Shown here piece after piece: positions 10,201 through 25,300 of a stretch of 64,000 bases of DNA. A model generated the notes under the pieces. It saw only the letters and a list, made by a program, of their open reading frames with translations, was not told where the DNA came from and searched no databases. Source of the DNA: Schmidtea polychroa (Eukaryota). Positions within the stretch are counted from its first letter, which is position 1, and each line of letters opens with the position of its first letter. Location: assembly GCA_044892525.1 (NCBI GenBank), contig CM097885.1:35836001-35900000 (forward strand). The letters are read 5' to 3'. Both the position numbers and the translations under genes were made by a program.

Positions 10201-13200
10201 NNNNNNNNNNNNNNNNNNNNNNNNNNNNNNNNNNNNNNNNNNNNNNNNNNNNNNNNNNNNNNNNNNNNNNNNNNNNNNNNNNNNNNNNNNNNNNNNNNNN
10301 NNNNNNNNNNNNNNNNNNNNNNNNNNNNNNNNNNNNNNNNNNNNNNNNNNNNNNNNNNNNNNNNNNNNNNNNNNNNNNNNNNNNNNNNNNNNNNNNNNNN
10401 NNNNNNNNNNNNNNNNNNCTTTTATTGTCCGAACTTGCACTTTAAAACTTTACACCTAAAAATCAATATTTGCACTTTAAAATCAATATAAAGACATAAA
10501 AATATAATGTTGTAAAACTCATCGATCAACGCATGGGATTTTGGCGGTGCTGAGAAATGGGCGGGTATGCGCGATAACTCATAATGGCCCAAGACGTTTA
10601 TTTATTTAATTAAAAAACTAATTAATTATTGTATTTATTTATACATTTATTTAGAGCAAATTAAAGATTTAAAAAGTATGTTTGAAAATCTACAACAAAA
10701 TTTAGCCGAGAAGGAGCGAGAGTTAAAAAAAGCTTTGACAGAAATAAAAATAATGAATGAAGAATCTAAAGAAATGGCAAATTGCTCTAAATCAGCGACG
10801 ACAGATTATGTTATACAAATTCAAACTCTGCAGCGGGCTTTAGAGGTGTTTTTTTAATTTTCATTCTAATTTCTTATAAAAATTTCTGATGCTTTTTTAC
10901 CTGAGATCGTCTCGTTTAGGACTAATTCTAGCACTGAGGAATTTAATTTACATTTAATTTCTAGTAATTTTACCAGTACACTTTAAAAAAAGATGTTATT
11001 ACTGGAATTTTAGTTTAAATAAATTTTTTTGTAGTTTGTACTCAAAATTTAAAATGAGTCAAAAACGGAAGTAAATTAGTTTAAGAACTAAAATTAAAAC
11101 GTTTTAAATTTGAGGAGAAAGCTGTTGATATTGGAAAAATCTTAGTTTATCTCCTTCTACAAATCTCCTGATCAAATAAGAGATCATTAAAATCTAAATA
11201 AATTACAAAAATAAGTCCTAAAAAATTAACCGTTTTTAAAACTCTATATATCTTACTCTTTCACATTATGTCAAAATTGAAATTTCAAAATGCTTGCTCG
11301 GTATTATGAAATACATGATTTAGGAACTATTAATCCCCGGACGATTCATCCAAGGAAAACTCATCGCAGGACAATTCATCAAAATTAAATACAAATTAAA
11401 ATAAATAATAAAAAGTAAAACAACCAAAAAAACATTTAAGTTAATGAAAAATCATCTACCCCAACTTAGAAGTTATTAAAATCCAAATTTTGTTTTACAT
11501 TTTTTAATAGTACAAGGTTATTTCGTCTAAAAATTATAACAAGACCGCTAGCAATATAATTTTACAGTCCGGAACATTTACACTAGCTTCCAGTAAATTT
11601 CTTTCCTTTTTATTCACCCCGTCCCTACACCATAGTTAAACATTCAAGTATCTCTACATCTAGTTGATTTTTCATAAACTTAAATGTTTTTTGGTTGTTT
11701 TCGCTGATGTTTGTATGTTTGTATATGCCACGAAAATTTTGTGAGGCGGAATTAACCTACTTTCCGTGATCGGACTGAGCTGAAATTCGGCAAGTAGATT
11801 CGTTGTTGAGAACACTGCATGCTATCAATATTTCAGATCTATCCGATCACGAAAAGTGGGTTAATTAAAAATATATTGATATGTCATATCTATTACAATA
11901 TAAATTCTTCATTCATTAACTTTAAAGAGATTAAAGAGATAACGTAATTAAAGAGATATCTAAAAAGATATCTAAAATATGTTATATAAGTTTGACCCTT
12001 ATGTCCATATAGGTACTTAAAGTGCAAAATAGTATGAATATTTATGGAGATTTCGAGTTGACATTTTTCAATATATTATATGAAATATATTGTTTTTGTG
12101 TTATAAAAATAAAATTTGGGATTTTATACAGTTGGAAAGTAAAGGTTGTTCTTCAATTGACTATTAAATTAATACTTCTTTTAAAATTTTAGTTTTGAGT
12201 GAAATTAAGAGAGTGGAATATACAGAGTTTCAAAAACCATGTTTTTTATGGTTGATTTTTTATTATTAATTTTAATTTGTATTTAATTTTGATGAATTGT
12301 CCTGCGATGAGTTTTCCTTGGACTATTGAATGAATGATCCGTGGATGAATGGCCCACATGCCAAATATTTATCACCTAGTTAAAAAATTACTTTGGAAGG
12401 AATATTTTATTAATATTTTGAAAGAAATTTTGAAAGTATTAATAAAATTGAAAATTTTCAAAATATTTAATTATAGCACCTTCAATCGATCTGAAATGTT
12501 GAAAGAGTGCATTGTTCTCGATGACGAATCTATCTGGTAAATATTTCAGTTCGATCCAATCATTGGTAGAAGGTTAATTTGCGATCACAAGATCTGCGTG
12601 GTCCATACAAACATTTATACATATATACAAAGTGAAGTTAATATAGAGTTTAAAAAATGGTCCAATGTTTTCTGAAATCTCACAAATTCCCTATTTTTGA
12701 TTTGTTTTAGAAGTTTTGCTTATTTTATTTAATCATTTTTTTATATTAATTCACAGTAAAAAATAATATAAATAAAAGTTTTGTTGCAATATGTATTATT
12801 GATAATAATTTGGATTTTTACAGATAAGATATAAAATATTTTTATATTCTTATTTTGGTCCTATAATTATTAAAAGTATAATTAGAAAGTTTTTTAAAAT
12901 TAATCTTTGATATTACAAGAACTATTTTCAATTTTCACATTTGATTTCTTTTTAATAAATACAAAGTAATTTTTTCTAGTTTTTATCTTTTATGTCTAAT
13001 TTCTATTTATTATTTTTTTCTGAAATACATAGGAACTTAACAAAGAGCGACTCGAAGAAAAGTCAAATATGGATAAATTAAAACGCTTTCATGAAATTGA
13101 ATTGCTTGAATCTGTTGGAAGAATGAAAAAAGAATGCGAGTCAGATATCGAGAAATCCAACAAAAAACGAGAAAAAGAATTTGGATTGCGTGAAAAAGGT

Positions 13201-16200
13201 TTTCAAGATGAAATTCAAAAGCTTAAAGATGTTATTCACTTAAATAAATCTTAAATTTATTTTTAATATTCTAATAATAGGAATTCCAGATAAAGTTGGA
13301 TGAAGAACGATCAAAAGCGTCGAAAATAATTGAAAAATTAAAGTTCGATTTCGATCAGTTGAAGAATGATTTGAATTCTAAAGTCAAAGGAAAAGATAAG
13401 CAGGTCTTGTTGACGTTTTTGTTTTAAATCTTTATTAATTTTTATCAATAGATAAATAGTTTGGAGGAAAGTATCATAGGAAAGGAAAAAGAAATTAAAA
13501 CTCTTTCCCTGCAACTGAAAGATAATAAAGAGAACTTATTAACAACCAAAAAAGATAATAATAGATTACAGAAGCTTAGTTCAGACAAGAATTTTGAAAT
13601 GGAAACCCATTTAAAAGAAATTGAAAAATTGAAGCAGGATTTGGAAGAACAAAAATTATTAAACGAAAATATTCGGAAAAACGTTCAAGTAAATCTATTT
13701 TATTATTTGTAAACCTTTCATAAATTCAATAATTTTCATATTAATATTTGTAAGACTATAGATCAAAACAATATACGGCATAGCCTTTATCAATGGTAAA
13801 TACAAACTTTATAAACGTTGTAACAAAATATCGTGTACCTAATACATTGTTTTGATCTATAGTCTTACAAGTATTAATATGAAAATTATTGAATTAAAAA
13901 AAACAAAGGTGAAACCAAAAGATAAATAAGATACTTTCCTAAAATCAGAGCCGTGGCTAGGAAGGCAGGGAAGGGGAATTCATGATATTCGTGTTAGACT
14001 TAAAATTTTACAAAGTTTCAATGTGTCACAAAATATGTATAAACATTATTAAGCTTTGTAATGACACTTGATAGCAATAATTAACTAAATAGAATCAAAT
14101 AGTTTTGGGTTTTCGGATGACTAACTGAATAAAATAAAATTTAAAACTTTGTTTAATTGTTTTAATTTAGATTCAAGAAGACATGAATGAAAAATATAAT
14201 AAACTATCAGCTGAATTAGATATGAAGTGGGCAGATACGTTGCGTCGGGAAACCGGAAGATTGAGGAATGATATGCTAGAATCTTTTGCTAAAGAAAAGC
14301 AGAAAGCAATCGAAATGGTAGAGAAAAAGAAAAACAGTGAAATAGATCTCTTGAAACTTAATTATGAGGATCATGAGTCAAAAATACAAAAGGATTTATT
14401 CAAAAACGAAACTGAAGTTGCAAAGTTGAAAGAAGAAATAAATTATTTGAAAACATTGAATGACAGGTAATAATTAAAATCTTTTACAATTATGAACATT
14501 TAAATAAACCTTATACAGAAAATACAATTAATAATAATAATAATAACAATTTTAAAAACGTTCCTAGTAGCAGTATCAATGTATAATTCATCGCCAAACT
14601 CATTTTCAGCAATTTTGATAACAGCATCATTGACTATCGATACATTATAAACACAGGCTTTATAGGACCTTGTAAAATGAATATTTCAACCTGTATAGCT
14701 TATGGTGTAAGTGGCATTGTAGACTTACAATGCATATGTGGACCTAGAAATTCCAAGAAGGAATATCTACTCGAATTTCATCAAAGTTTGACAAAATATG
14801 AAATATTTATCCCTAAATTTGAATAAACATCTTAACAAGATTCTTAAGAAAACCAAATAAAAATAGACATTTTGACAAATAATTTCTCATGTGTTGCAAC
14901 AATAATGTGACAAACATTGTCAGTCAACCTGAATATTTTACAATACAAACAGTTATTATAGTTGTTTTCTATATTTGTTAATACTTATTAGTATTCATAT
15001 ATTTTCTTATTATCTGTTTTTCTAGTTTCTAATGAAAATATATTATGTCAATAAATTCCTTAAGGAGTCCAAACCATCTTTGCATTGGGGCGCTATAATC
15101 CCTAGGGCCCCACTGTTGATACTGTTTATTGAATGTTCTATTTATGCATTATCATATGTTGAATTAAAAATCTTTGAGATTTACTTTAATAATATTCTTG
15201 AATAACATCTTTTTAATATCTAACGAAAAACTCTATTTTAAATAAAAATTTCAAGAAGGGTGCTGTAGATGTAAAAACAATAATAAAGTAGGTTAGAAAT
15301 GAAATAAAATAAAATGAGTTTTACAAAAAGTTTATAAAAAATATTAAATTATTATAATTAGTAAAATTAAGATGAAAATATCTTTTTAATTGAAAATTTT
15401 TAGCCAAATTACTGATAAAATTCAAGAAGTGCAAGTTCTGTTGTCCGAGACTCAAATAATTCACGCGAAAGAAATTGAAAAACTGAAGAATTCCTACGAT
15501 ATAACTATTCAAAACCTGAAAAAGAAATTCGAGGAAGATAGATTTCAATACGTGACGGAAACGCAGTTGATAATAGAGTCAAATGAAAAAGCTTGGACTG
15601 ATAAACACCAAATTGCAATTAATTTATTAACAAATGAACATGAAAAAGTAAAAATTTCATTTATGTTTCTCTTAGTAGTAGTATTTAAAATTTGAGTTTT
15701 ATTTTTGATGGAAAAGAAATATTTTTGTTATTAGATTCATTAGAATAATAATAAACTCCTGACAGTTCCTTGGAAAAATATAAGACGAAACTAAGAAGAA
15801 ACCAACAAAAGCAAATTATTGAAGCCATTCTCTCTAAGTGGTTTTAAGAAATGAATCAATATGTCAACTTCGGGTTTTTCCCAGTGATTCATGGGTTTTC
15901 TTTGAATAGTAGATGACATTAATTAATTAATTAATATATTTGTTTTTTTTTCGTTCTAGTCTCTCTTACGGAGGTTTCATCATTTTAAAATTATTCGACT
16001 TTAAATTTTAATTTAATACCGGTTACCACTTTTCTCTCACAAATATTGATTTTTACATTTTTTGAATATATAAATACCATTTAATTAATTATAAGAAAGT
16101 GTCACTCAAGGATTCGTTTTACGATATATTTCGACAGTTTTCCTGTCATCATCAGGTAGGATATAATAACTATATAAATTATAGATATTTGAACAAATTT

Positions 16201-16309
16201 ATTAATTATATCAAATTTTTAATAAAAATATTGATTCCTTCATAATTATAAAAATTATAATTCAAATAATAAATTATTTTTTAAATTGTGGAAATTAGAA
16301 ATAATTTTA

Positions 16310-16389
<80 letters not shown>

Positions 16390-19300
16390 CTATTTCAAAA
16401 CATTTAAAACACAAGTAGTCACGGCATTTTGCACGTTAATTTTCTGATCTATTGACTTTATCAATAACGTTTCACAAATTTAACGTTCCCAATAAATATT
16501 GAAATTTTTTAATAAAATTTTAAAATCAGACATACCAATATTTCTCTTACAGCCCTTATTGTACTCACTATTATTGGTCAATGCTTTCGGTCTATGCTGT
16601 TCTCGAGCTTGGATACACAAATGACGGGAAGCCTCTCCAATTTATGTGGTATTACACTCATTACGTGTAAATTGATAAACGAAATGAGAACCGACACAAT
16701 CAAACCGAAGTTTTAGACTTATTAATAAATATATTGTGTACTTTACATAAAATTGACACAATCTTATAGTTTAAATTACACGACTGCTTACTTATCTTTC
16801 TTTTATAATCTATAAAACCTTCTGAGTACAGAAATATCAACATAAATTTATGCTCATCATCTGTACACTCGCTATTTAATTTCTTTAGCTCATCAAACTC
16901 GCCAACACCAACAGAAACACATCCAGATTTTCTCAAATACGTATCATTAGGATTTTTAATCCCTGTTTTTATCTAATTTTCTGGATGGAGTATTTTTGTT
17001 TGAATTAAATATTATTTTTCAGAAAATGAAAATGAAATTAGATGAAATGGGAAACAAATATGTCAAACAAATCAATGATCAAATTCGAGATTTACAGACA
17101 CAGTTATCTGAAAAAGCAAATAATACAATTGATGAACATAAAGAAGAAATGAAATCTTTACAAAGAAAAATATCTTTGCTTGAGGAGCAATCTAAAACCA
17201 TTGTAAGTATTTAAACATTTAGTTAATATTAGAAATTATGAGATAAGTAATGAAAAGATTGAAAACGAATGTCACACTACAGTTCCGGATAGATATTTCT
17301 AGAAGGGAACAAAAGGATGATTAGACACTCTTAATTTTAGAAACCTAGGTGATTGTCGTAAGTCTTTCGAGACAATTTAATGACTTCTATAATCTTAAAT
17401 TTTATCTATTTGAATTTTTCGTATTCCATTATAAATATCACAGTACCTTGCTGCTCTGCTGATAGTGAAACTAAAATAATTTTATAGTACTTTTTTATCA
17501 TTCATCCTTTTCAGTTTCCTTTATTTTGACCTTTTTACTCAATAGAATAAATCATATCAATCAATAATTTATAACCAAGGTGCCAAAAGTATATAAAAAA
17601 ACCTTTATAAATTTTACTGAATATGTAATTATTTTAGTTATATTAATATAACTTACATTACTCTAAATAATATCTTTACCTTAGGGCGAAATTAAAATTT
17701 GCAAAGGGTGCCAAAGAGTTAAAGGCTCAATATTCGAAAAAAAATTGTTAGAAAATAATTTTTTTAAAGTTAATTGATTTGTATTTTACGGATTTTATCT
17801 TTTGCTTTCTAAAATTTTTTGTTAATATTAAATTCATTACAAAATCAATATATGTATTTCTTCTTATTTGATGATATAGGTATACTCGTATCTTGTTGAA
17901 ACTATATAAATAAGAAAATAGTACGAGGGAATTACGTTAAAAGTTTTATTAGCTAATAAACAATTTACTAGAAAAAAACATCAATTTAAAATCCTAATTT
18001 CTGAAAAATGTTATATCTGCATCAGATAATTTTTAACTGAATTTGTGAATACTTTAAAAATTATATAGGATGGAAGGTAGAAGTAGGAAGAAAGTAGAAC
18101 AAAAGAGATTAGGTGAAATGTGTATCTGCCTAGCGAGCAGTAAAGGGTTAAAGCCCTTTCCATTTTTACATATGAGATTATAAACAGTACCAAAAGGGCG
18201 CTCCATTACTTCTATGACAAGAGCGGCACCCCGACAAAATAGCCCAGGACAAAATAGCCCCGTCAAAATAGCCCCGTCAAAATAGCCTGCCCACAAAACA
18301 GCCCAAGACAAAATAGCCCCGTCAAAATAGCCCCATCATAAATAGTATATAGTAGTATATAATGAGGGGTGGCTAAAACCCCAAAAATTTTAAAGTTCAC
18401 ATTTTCAAGATGGCCGTCCCACCTCATCATTCGTAGTGGAGGTACCACGATGTACCACAGCCAGCGCGACTCGTTTACGGAGTAGCCGAGCATATGTCAA
18501 TAGTAAGACGGAGAATTTAATTAAAATGTCATGGTCGATTTTACATACAATAACGCAGGACCTCCACTACGAATGATGAGGTGGGACGGCCATCTTGAAA
18601 ATGTGAACTTTAAAATTTTTGGGGCTTTAGCCACCCCTCATTATATACTACTATATACTATTTATGATGGGGCTATTTTGACGGGGCTATTTTGTCTTGG
18701 GCTGTTTTGTGGGCAGGCTATTTTGACGGGGCTATTTTGTCTTGGGTTATTTTGACGGGTCACCGACAAGAGCGTTGAGCAACCTCGAGCCGGCACTGAT
18801 CTTTACAACCAATTTCGCTATATGTAAAATTTTTTGAAGGCGGAATAATTTTCAAATATATTTATTTCATTTGTTTATTTGTAATTATGATTACCGTATA
18901 TACTCGCGTATAAGTCGAGTAAATTTTAAGAGGTTTTAAGTCCTAAATTGGAAACCCGCGTATAAGTCGAAGTAACAAAAATAAAAAAAAATGGTTTAAT
19001 GATTTCATTAAAAATTAATTTGTACGTTTTTTGACCCGCGTATAAGTCGAAGTGGCTATTTTGACTTGAAAATTTGACGTAAATTTCCCGACTTATACGC
19101 GAGTATATACGGTATTTTAAAATTTGTATATTTTATAACTACTTTTTTTAATTAGTATAACCTAAGTCTACTAAATTTATTTTCAATATATTATTTCACT
19201 TCACGTGAAAATAAACTGAACACTGAGCTATACTTGTCGATACATTGTGTTAATTTTAGCACGGATTATTAATTCATAGAGAATTATATTAAACCGCGTT

Positions 19301-22300
19301 GCAATGGATGAAATTTCTTTTGCGTGTGTTGGCAAGATTTTATATGAAATTATGTAAATTTCACGGTTTAAATTATTTATGTGAATTTTAATGGCAAATA
19401 ATTTTTAAAGTTATTTTAAATTTAAAATTAATAAATCAATATCAAAATTTAAAAATTTTTTAACTCATTGACCCATAATTTACTATTTTATCAAATATAC
19501 TTTGTTAAATATTTTTTAAATGGTTTAAATGATTTTTAATAATTATTTTGTGTAGTGTATATTATCGTTAATTTACATGTTTGATTTATTATAGAAATTC
19601 CACCCTTCGTGCTTGTATGTTTCCTTAGCTTTTCTACCCTTACTAGAATCCTATAATAAATTGGCAGGTGTAACTGCTAATAAATTTTTAGCACATAGAT
19701 GAGTTTTTATTTATTTTATAATATAATTTATTGATTATGTTTTTAATATTATAGACTGTTTTTATCAATTGCAATGCGATGTATTAAGCAATATAAACAC
19801 ATATCGTTTTATTTGTTTATCTATCATAATTAAAAATTTCCAAAGAAACCATATTTGTCGGTGAATGGTTTTTGTTTTGAAGTAATAATAAACTTAAATT
19901 ATATATTCGAAGAGTACCATATTTTGGGAAAAGTTGGCATCATCTTAAAATGATTGAGATTCACTGGAATTTTGTTTTGTATTTAATTGAAATTTTTGGT
20001 ACATTTTTTTGAAAATTGCTTGAAAGTTTTTCTCGTAAATGTGTGTTACATGTAAAATATTGATTGATAGCCTAAAAGGAAATGAAGATGAAGAACATAA
20101 TTTTTATTTAAAGATTTTTTTATTTCGTTTTTTATAAAATACATTTAAATTATTTTTGAATATATTTTTGTAGCTTTATTCATTTCACTAATCAACAAAA
20201 TTCTGGGTTGATTGCAAATTGTAAGTTAAAACGTTTCACCCGATCAAAATTGCATGCACGTTTTCCTTGAACTTCACATTTTCTGCAACTATTATTGATT
20301 AGAATGTTATAGAATTCCATTTTTAGACTAACACGCACCGACTGGAAATGGAACGGGTGGCATCAGCGAAATTGAAATTGGATTGTAATTATCAAAAATT
20401 GGAAAAACAATTACAGAAAGCCAACAATGAAAATGCATATTTGAAAAAGCAGATTGATGATTTCGGAAACGATTACAGTCGTAGTCAACTAGATTTCTCG
20501 GAAAAATTGAGGTAAATACTATTTCATTTCACAATTCTTAGACAAAATAAAATCAAGGATATGGTTATCCATTTTACAGAGAACGCAATGAGAGACTGAA
20601 AATATTTGAGAGTAGAAAGAGGTACAGAAATCATTGAAATACAATGCCAGACAGCCTAATTCACCCACCCACATTTTTGCTTTTACTTTATTATACCACA
20701 TCCGATTAAGTTGACATTTTAAACTGACATATATCTCATCGATATTGACTAATGTGAGAAGAAATCTTTCGCTTTTGATAATATATTCTAGTTTTAACAT
20801 CAAAAATGTAAATTTTGCAATTTCTACACAATGTACAGAAAATATTAACGTGTAAGATTTACACAATTTACACTTCTACTGGAGATGGTTTCTTCGTGAA
20901 CGTTGAGTATACTGAATTTCTGATACGTTGTACACTATGATTGGCTGAAAAATATTGTGGACCTTTGTGAAACAAACGTATACTCTAATCGTGCCGTCAC
21001 AAACATTCCCTGAGAACTGTTGATCGAGTTATTGCATTTTGGCGAGGAATTGATAATGGTATCTCTCGGTAATTTGGTAGACTCGTAACGAGTCACAGGC
21101 TTACTTAGAGGATAGAATGAGCTTAACTGCCCGAAAAATTCGCGACGAACAAGGTTATGAAGCCTTGAACGTGTATGTACGTACGTATAGCCTATCGAGT
21201 ATTGGAGTGACATTGGCGCATTGTATATCAATCAGCAGCAGCTCCTGTTTTGAATTCAAAAAGGAAACGGACCCAAGGAAACGGTCCTACCAAAACTAAT
21301 GCACCATTGACTGTATTGTTTACAACTGTTCCAAATAAACAATTTTTCAAATCATTAGTTTTTGTAATTGAAAGTTCGAATGTTACCAAGTAAATTAATC
21401 TACTATAATTTTGGAAAAATCTAAATAGAGTTTTTAAAGGATACATTCCTTCAAATGAAAATTTTCACAACTCATTTTTATACAAAAAATATTTCTCAAG
21501 GATTTTCTTGTACTTGATACTTGTTATTTATTTTAATTCCATCAATCTTGCAAGAATGGCATTGGCTTGATTATACGTATTTAAATGTCCTGCTTTTGTT
21601 GCTCCTAATAATTTCACAAAATGTTCGAATAGTGAAATTGGATTATCTGGAAAATAAAATAAGTTATCTTCTAATCCTTTCTCTTTTGATTGTTCAGATG
21701 ATTTCCTAGATGATCTCCCTTTTGCTGATTCTGTTGAGGACCACGTTATGGAGGCTGTCTTAGAGTTCATCGTTGTCATTGATGATGCTTCAGGCTTTTA
21801 GACTGGATGTATTTCACTCACTAAATCTATATAATCTATATAATTTTGAAAAACCTATCAAACCTTCAGTTAAATCTAAATATACACGAACTGTATTTTT
21901 ATCAACTTCTAATTTCCCTTCATCATTAAAAGCATTCCCTTCAATACACAATATCAATTCTGGTGTTAAAGCATATTTTTTACTTGTATTTGTGTTGAAG
22001 ATGTAAAATTCATTATTTTCTAATGTAATTATAAATTTAGTTTGATTCATCCATAATTCTTTTTCTTCTTTATCCCATTCTATAACAACTGTTTCAATCA
22101 ATCGTGTGTGATTTAAAGCTTGAGGAGGTTGGTGGTTGGTCTTTATTTAATATAGCATTAATAATTGGTTTCTGTTCTTCTTCATGTTTCATTAAATTAT
22201 AATTAAAAGTCCTGTTAATGTTACAAATATTATTCCAAATCTGATTTTATTTTTCTATATTTTTGAAGTTGTTTTAATAATCTTTAGAATCAAAATCATT

Positions 22301-25300
22301 AGAGTTGGAAACTGTTATATTTTAATATTGATACATTTTTTAAATGATTTTTTCATATACAGGTGAACCCGTTTAATATCACCTCGGTTATTATCACGAC
22401 CCGTTTAATATCACTAAAACTCAAAATCCACTTGCCAAACACTATTAAATCAATCCATTTTTACTCTGTTAATATCATCTTGCATAATATCCATTTCCCG
22501 CTTATTATCATGAATATTTTTTGATTTTGATATTTCAAATTCGCTTAGTATCATGATTTTTTATGAATTTTTTTATAATCTTTTTTATCAAAGTTCACAC
22601 AAAAGAAGTTTAAAAAATTTAAAACTGAAACTTGATAAGTTTAATTTAAAATACATATATTTATTGGAAACAACCAAAATCTACAGGGTTTTGATATAAA
22701 CAGAGGTAAATTTTAATAAGTTTTCTTAATTTTTTTGAGATTAAAGTGATTGTTGTTTTAATACACATGTATGGAATTTATAATTTCTTACAAGGGCTAA
22801 ATCAAAAATGACAGAGCGTAAACGAACAGAATTGTGAAGCTTGAAATGCGTTTCACGGGTTAATATTGACATTTTCACCCGGTTACCAAAGATATTGATA
22901 TATTTTAAAGAATTAAAATGTAGACATTTTATAAATTACTAATTTATTTTTAGAACTCAAGAGTCCGAAATCAAACGCAATTTTGATCAAATAATCCTCA
23001 ATTTAAAAATGAAACACGAAGAAGAGACTAAACAAGCTTTAACCGACTTTAATAAGGCACAGCATCTCTTTAAAGAAAAGATAAAAGAATTAAACAACAG
23101 ATTAATGGAAATTGATGAACAATTCGTTAATAGGCCTTCTCGAGATGAAGATATGGAAATAATTCAGACGCTGACTGCTCAAACAAAATTGTACGAAAAA
23201 GAAATCGAAAGATTAAATGTTTGTTATTGTTTANNNNNNNNNNNNNNNNNNNNNNNNNNNNNNNNNNNNNNNNNNNNNNNNNNNNNNNNNNNNNNNNNNN
23301 NNNNNNNNNNNNNNNNNNNNNNNNNNNNNNNNNNNNNNNNNNNNNNNNNNNNNNNNNNNNNNNNNNNNNNNNNNNNNTATTATATTAATGTTAAATTACT
23401 TTATTTTTATATTGTCTCGTATATTAGGAAGAAAAGAGATTTCTGCAACTGGAACTGGTTAATCGAGAAACTAATTTCAACAAAATTTTCAACGCATCAC
23501 CAAACGTTGGAATATTAAATCCAAATCATGGAGCAATTAAAGTACGTTCCGTATTTTTTTAATTATCACTGTTACAATTTATTGTTTCATATGAAAATAT
23601 ATTAACCACTTCCCGGGCAAATTTTTATTGCAATAGTCGGTAAACAAAATTTTTTTATGTCAATAATTTGTTTTATATAATCAAATAATAACAAATATTT
23701 TTTTTAAATTTTTTGAATGAAATTACAATACGTTTTTCAATATGGAGAGTCACACGTAAACGTGTGATCACCTGGGAAATTGTTAATAAAATGAGTTTTA
23801 ATCCTTAATGATTTTATTGATGTACTGAAATTTTACAAAAAAAAACATGTTCTACTTGCATAAAATATTGAGCTCCGAGCCGAAACTGTTGGTGCACTAG
23901 AGGGCCGCGACGATATTTTTACACAAATGGTTAATTTATGGTAAGTTTATTTTATATTCAATTTTCGAAACCTTGTAATGATATACAGTGGCGTAGCGAC
24001 AGAAGTGCAAGGAGTCTATCATACCCCGGCCGCCACTCACAGAGGAGAGCCAAATAGTCCATAATACAAACTAGATTTTCGGGAAAACTTCAATTTTTAT
24101 TTTGGTTGATTTCTGGGGAAAATATTTTAAATTAATAATTATTGTAATATAATTAATTATTTCCTTTCTTGATTTGTCTGATAAAATATGTTATAAATAA
24201 TATTTGCAGTAAATCAATCAAATAGCTCAGTATAGAAAACAGTATAAACACTTTATTTTCCAAGATAGTGATGTATTCTTATTTTTAAACAAAATGTACT
24301 GATCGTCTTGCAGTTCAAACATGTTGATTATTTAAAATTCAGTAATAACTTCAAATAATATCGAAATGATTATTCGTGGATTCCGCATTCGTTTCAGAAT
24401 GAATCCAGTCTAAATGCAGTAAAATTTAAATCCTATTCTGTGCCTGTGTTTCTCCATTTTTCCCGAAAAATAGTATAGTATTTTGTAGAAGCGTAGTTAG
24501 TGACTATTCGAAATATATTATATCTTTTAAGGTAGTTACTGGATTATATTATTATTTGTATTATATTCATATTACGAATAAATTCTATATATTATATTAC
24601 TGTATGTTTTCTGGAGGTGTCAGAAAGGTATTGTGTCCGGGCGCCAGTTATAATCGCTACGCCACTGATGATAATCACAAAACATATATACATATCGGAA
24701 ATATCTGTTTCTCAGAAGTCTAAAGTGTTAAATTAATATATTTTCAAAAAATATATCAATGCAGAAAGTAATTATTATCCTAGAAATTTATGGTAATTTT
24801 GACTAAGAACGCCGCTACACAAAATGTGATTTTTTTTCAAGTTTGTATGACGAAAATTTTATTTTAAGTCTATCAATATTTAACAAAATATTAAATAAAT
24901 GTTAAAAATGGAGGAACATTATTATATGCTACCCTACCTTTGCTTTATATGAAAATTTTATGATATAGTCATGCCCGTTTAAGTCGGATTTGATAGGAAT
25001 GCCACATTTTAAACGATTTATGTCAAATGCGACTTATATCAAAAATATTGTTTTTGCCGTATTATTTGTTTATCGATGATTTAGTTTAGAATAAAAATGA
25101 ATGACTTTACATTTCATTGTTATGACAACAGTTTATATGGCACTAAACCAAATCTTGATGCCTTGATAATTGCCAATTTATTTCCTAACATAGAGGATGA
25201 AGATTGATACATAATTGAAAAATATAAGGAAATACAAAAACCAAACCGCTGAGTTATAATTACTTGTTTGTTGTTCTGGTATGTTTCTTGCACTTTCTTC

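Noticed and set aside
23606-23782. TTAA-flanked segment with 12-bp imperfect inverted ends (piggyBac-type MITE)
   Set aside because: The inverted match is short and has several mismatches; chance cannot be excluded in AT-rich DNA.
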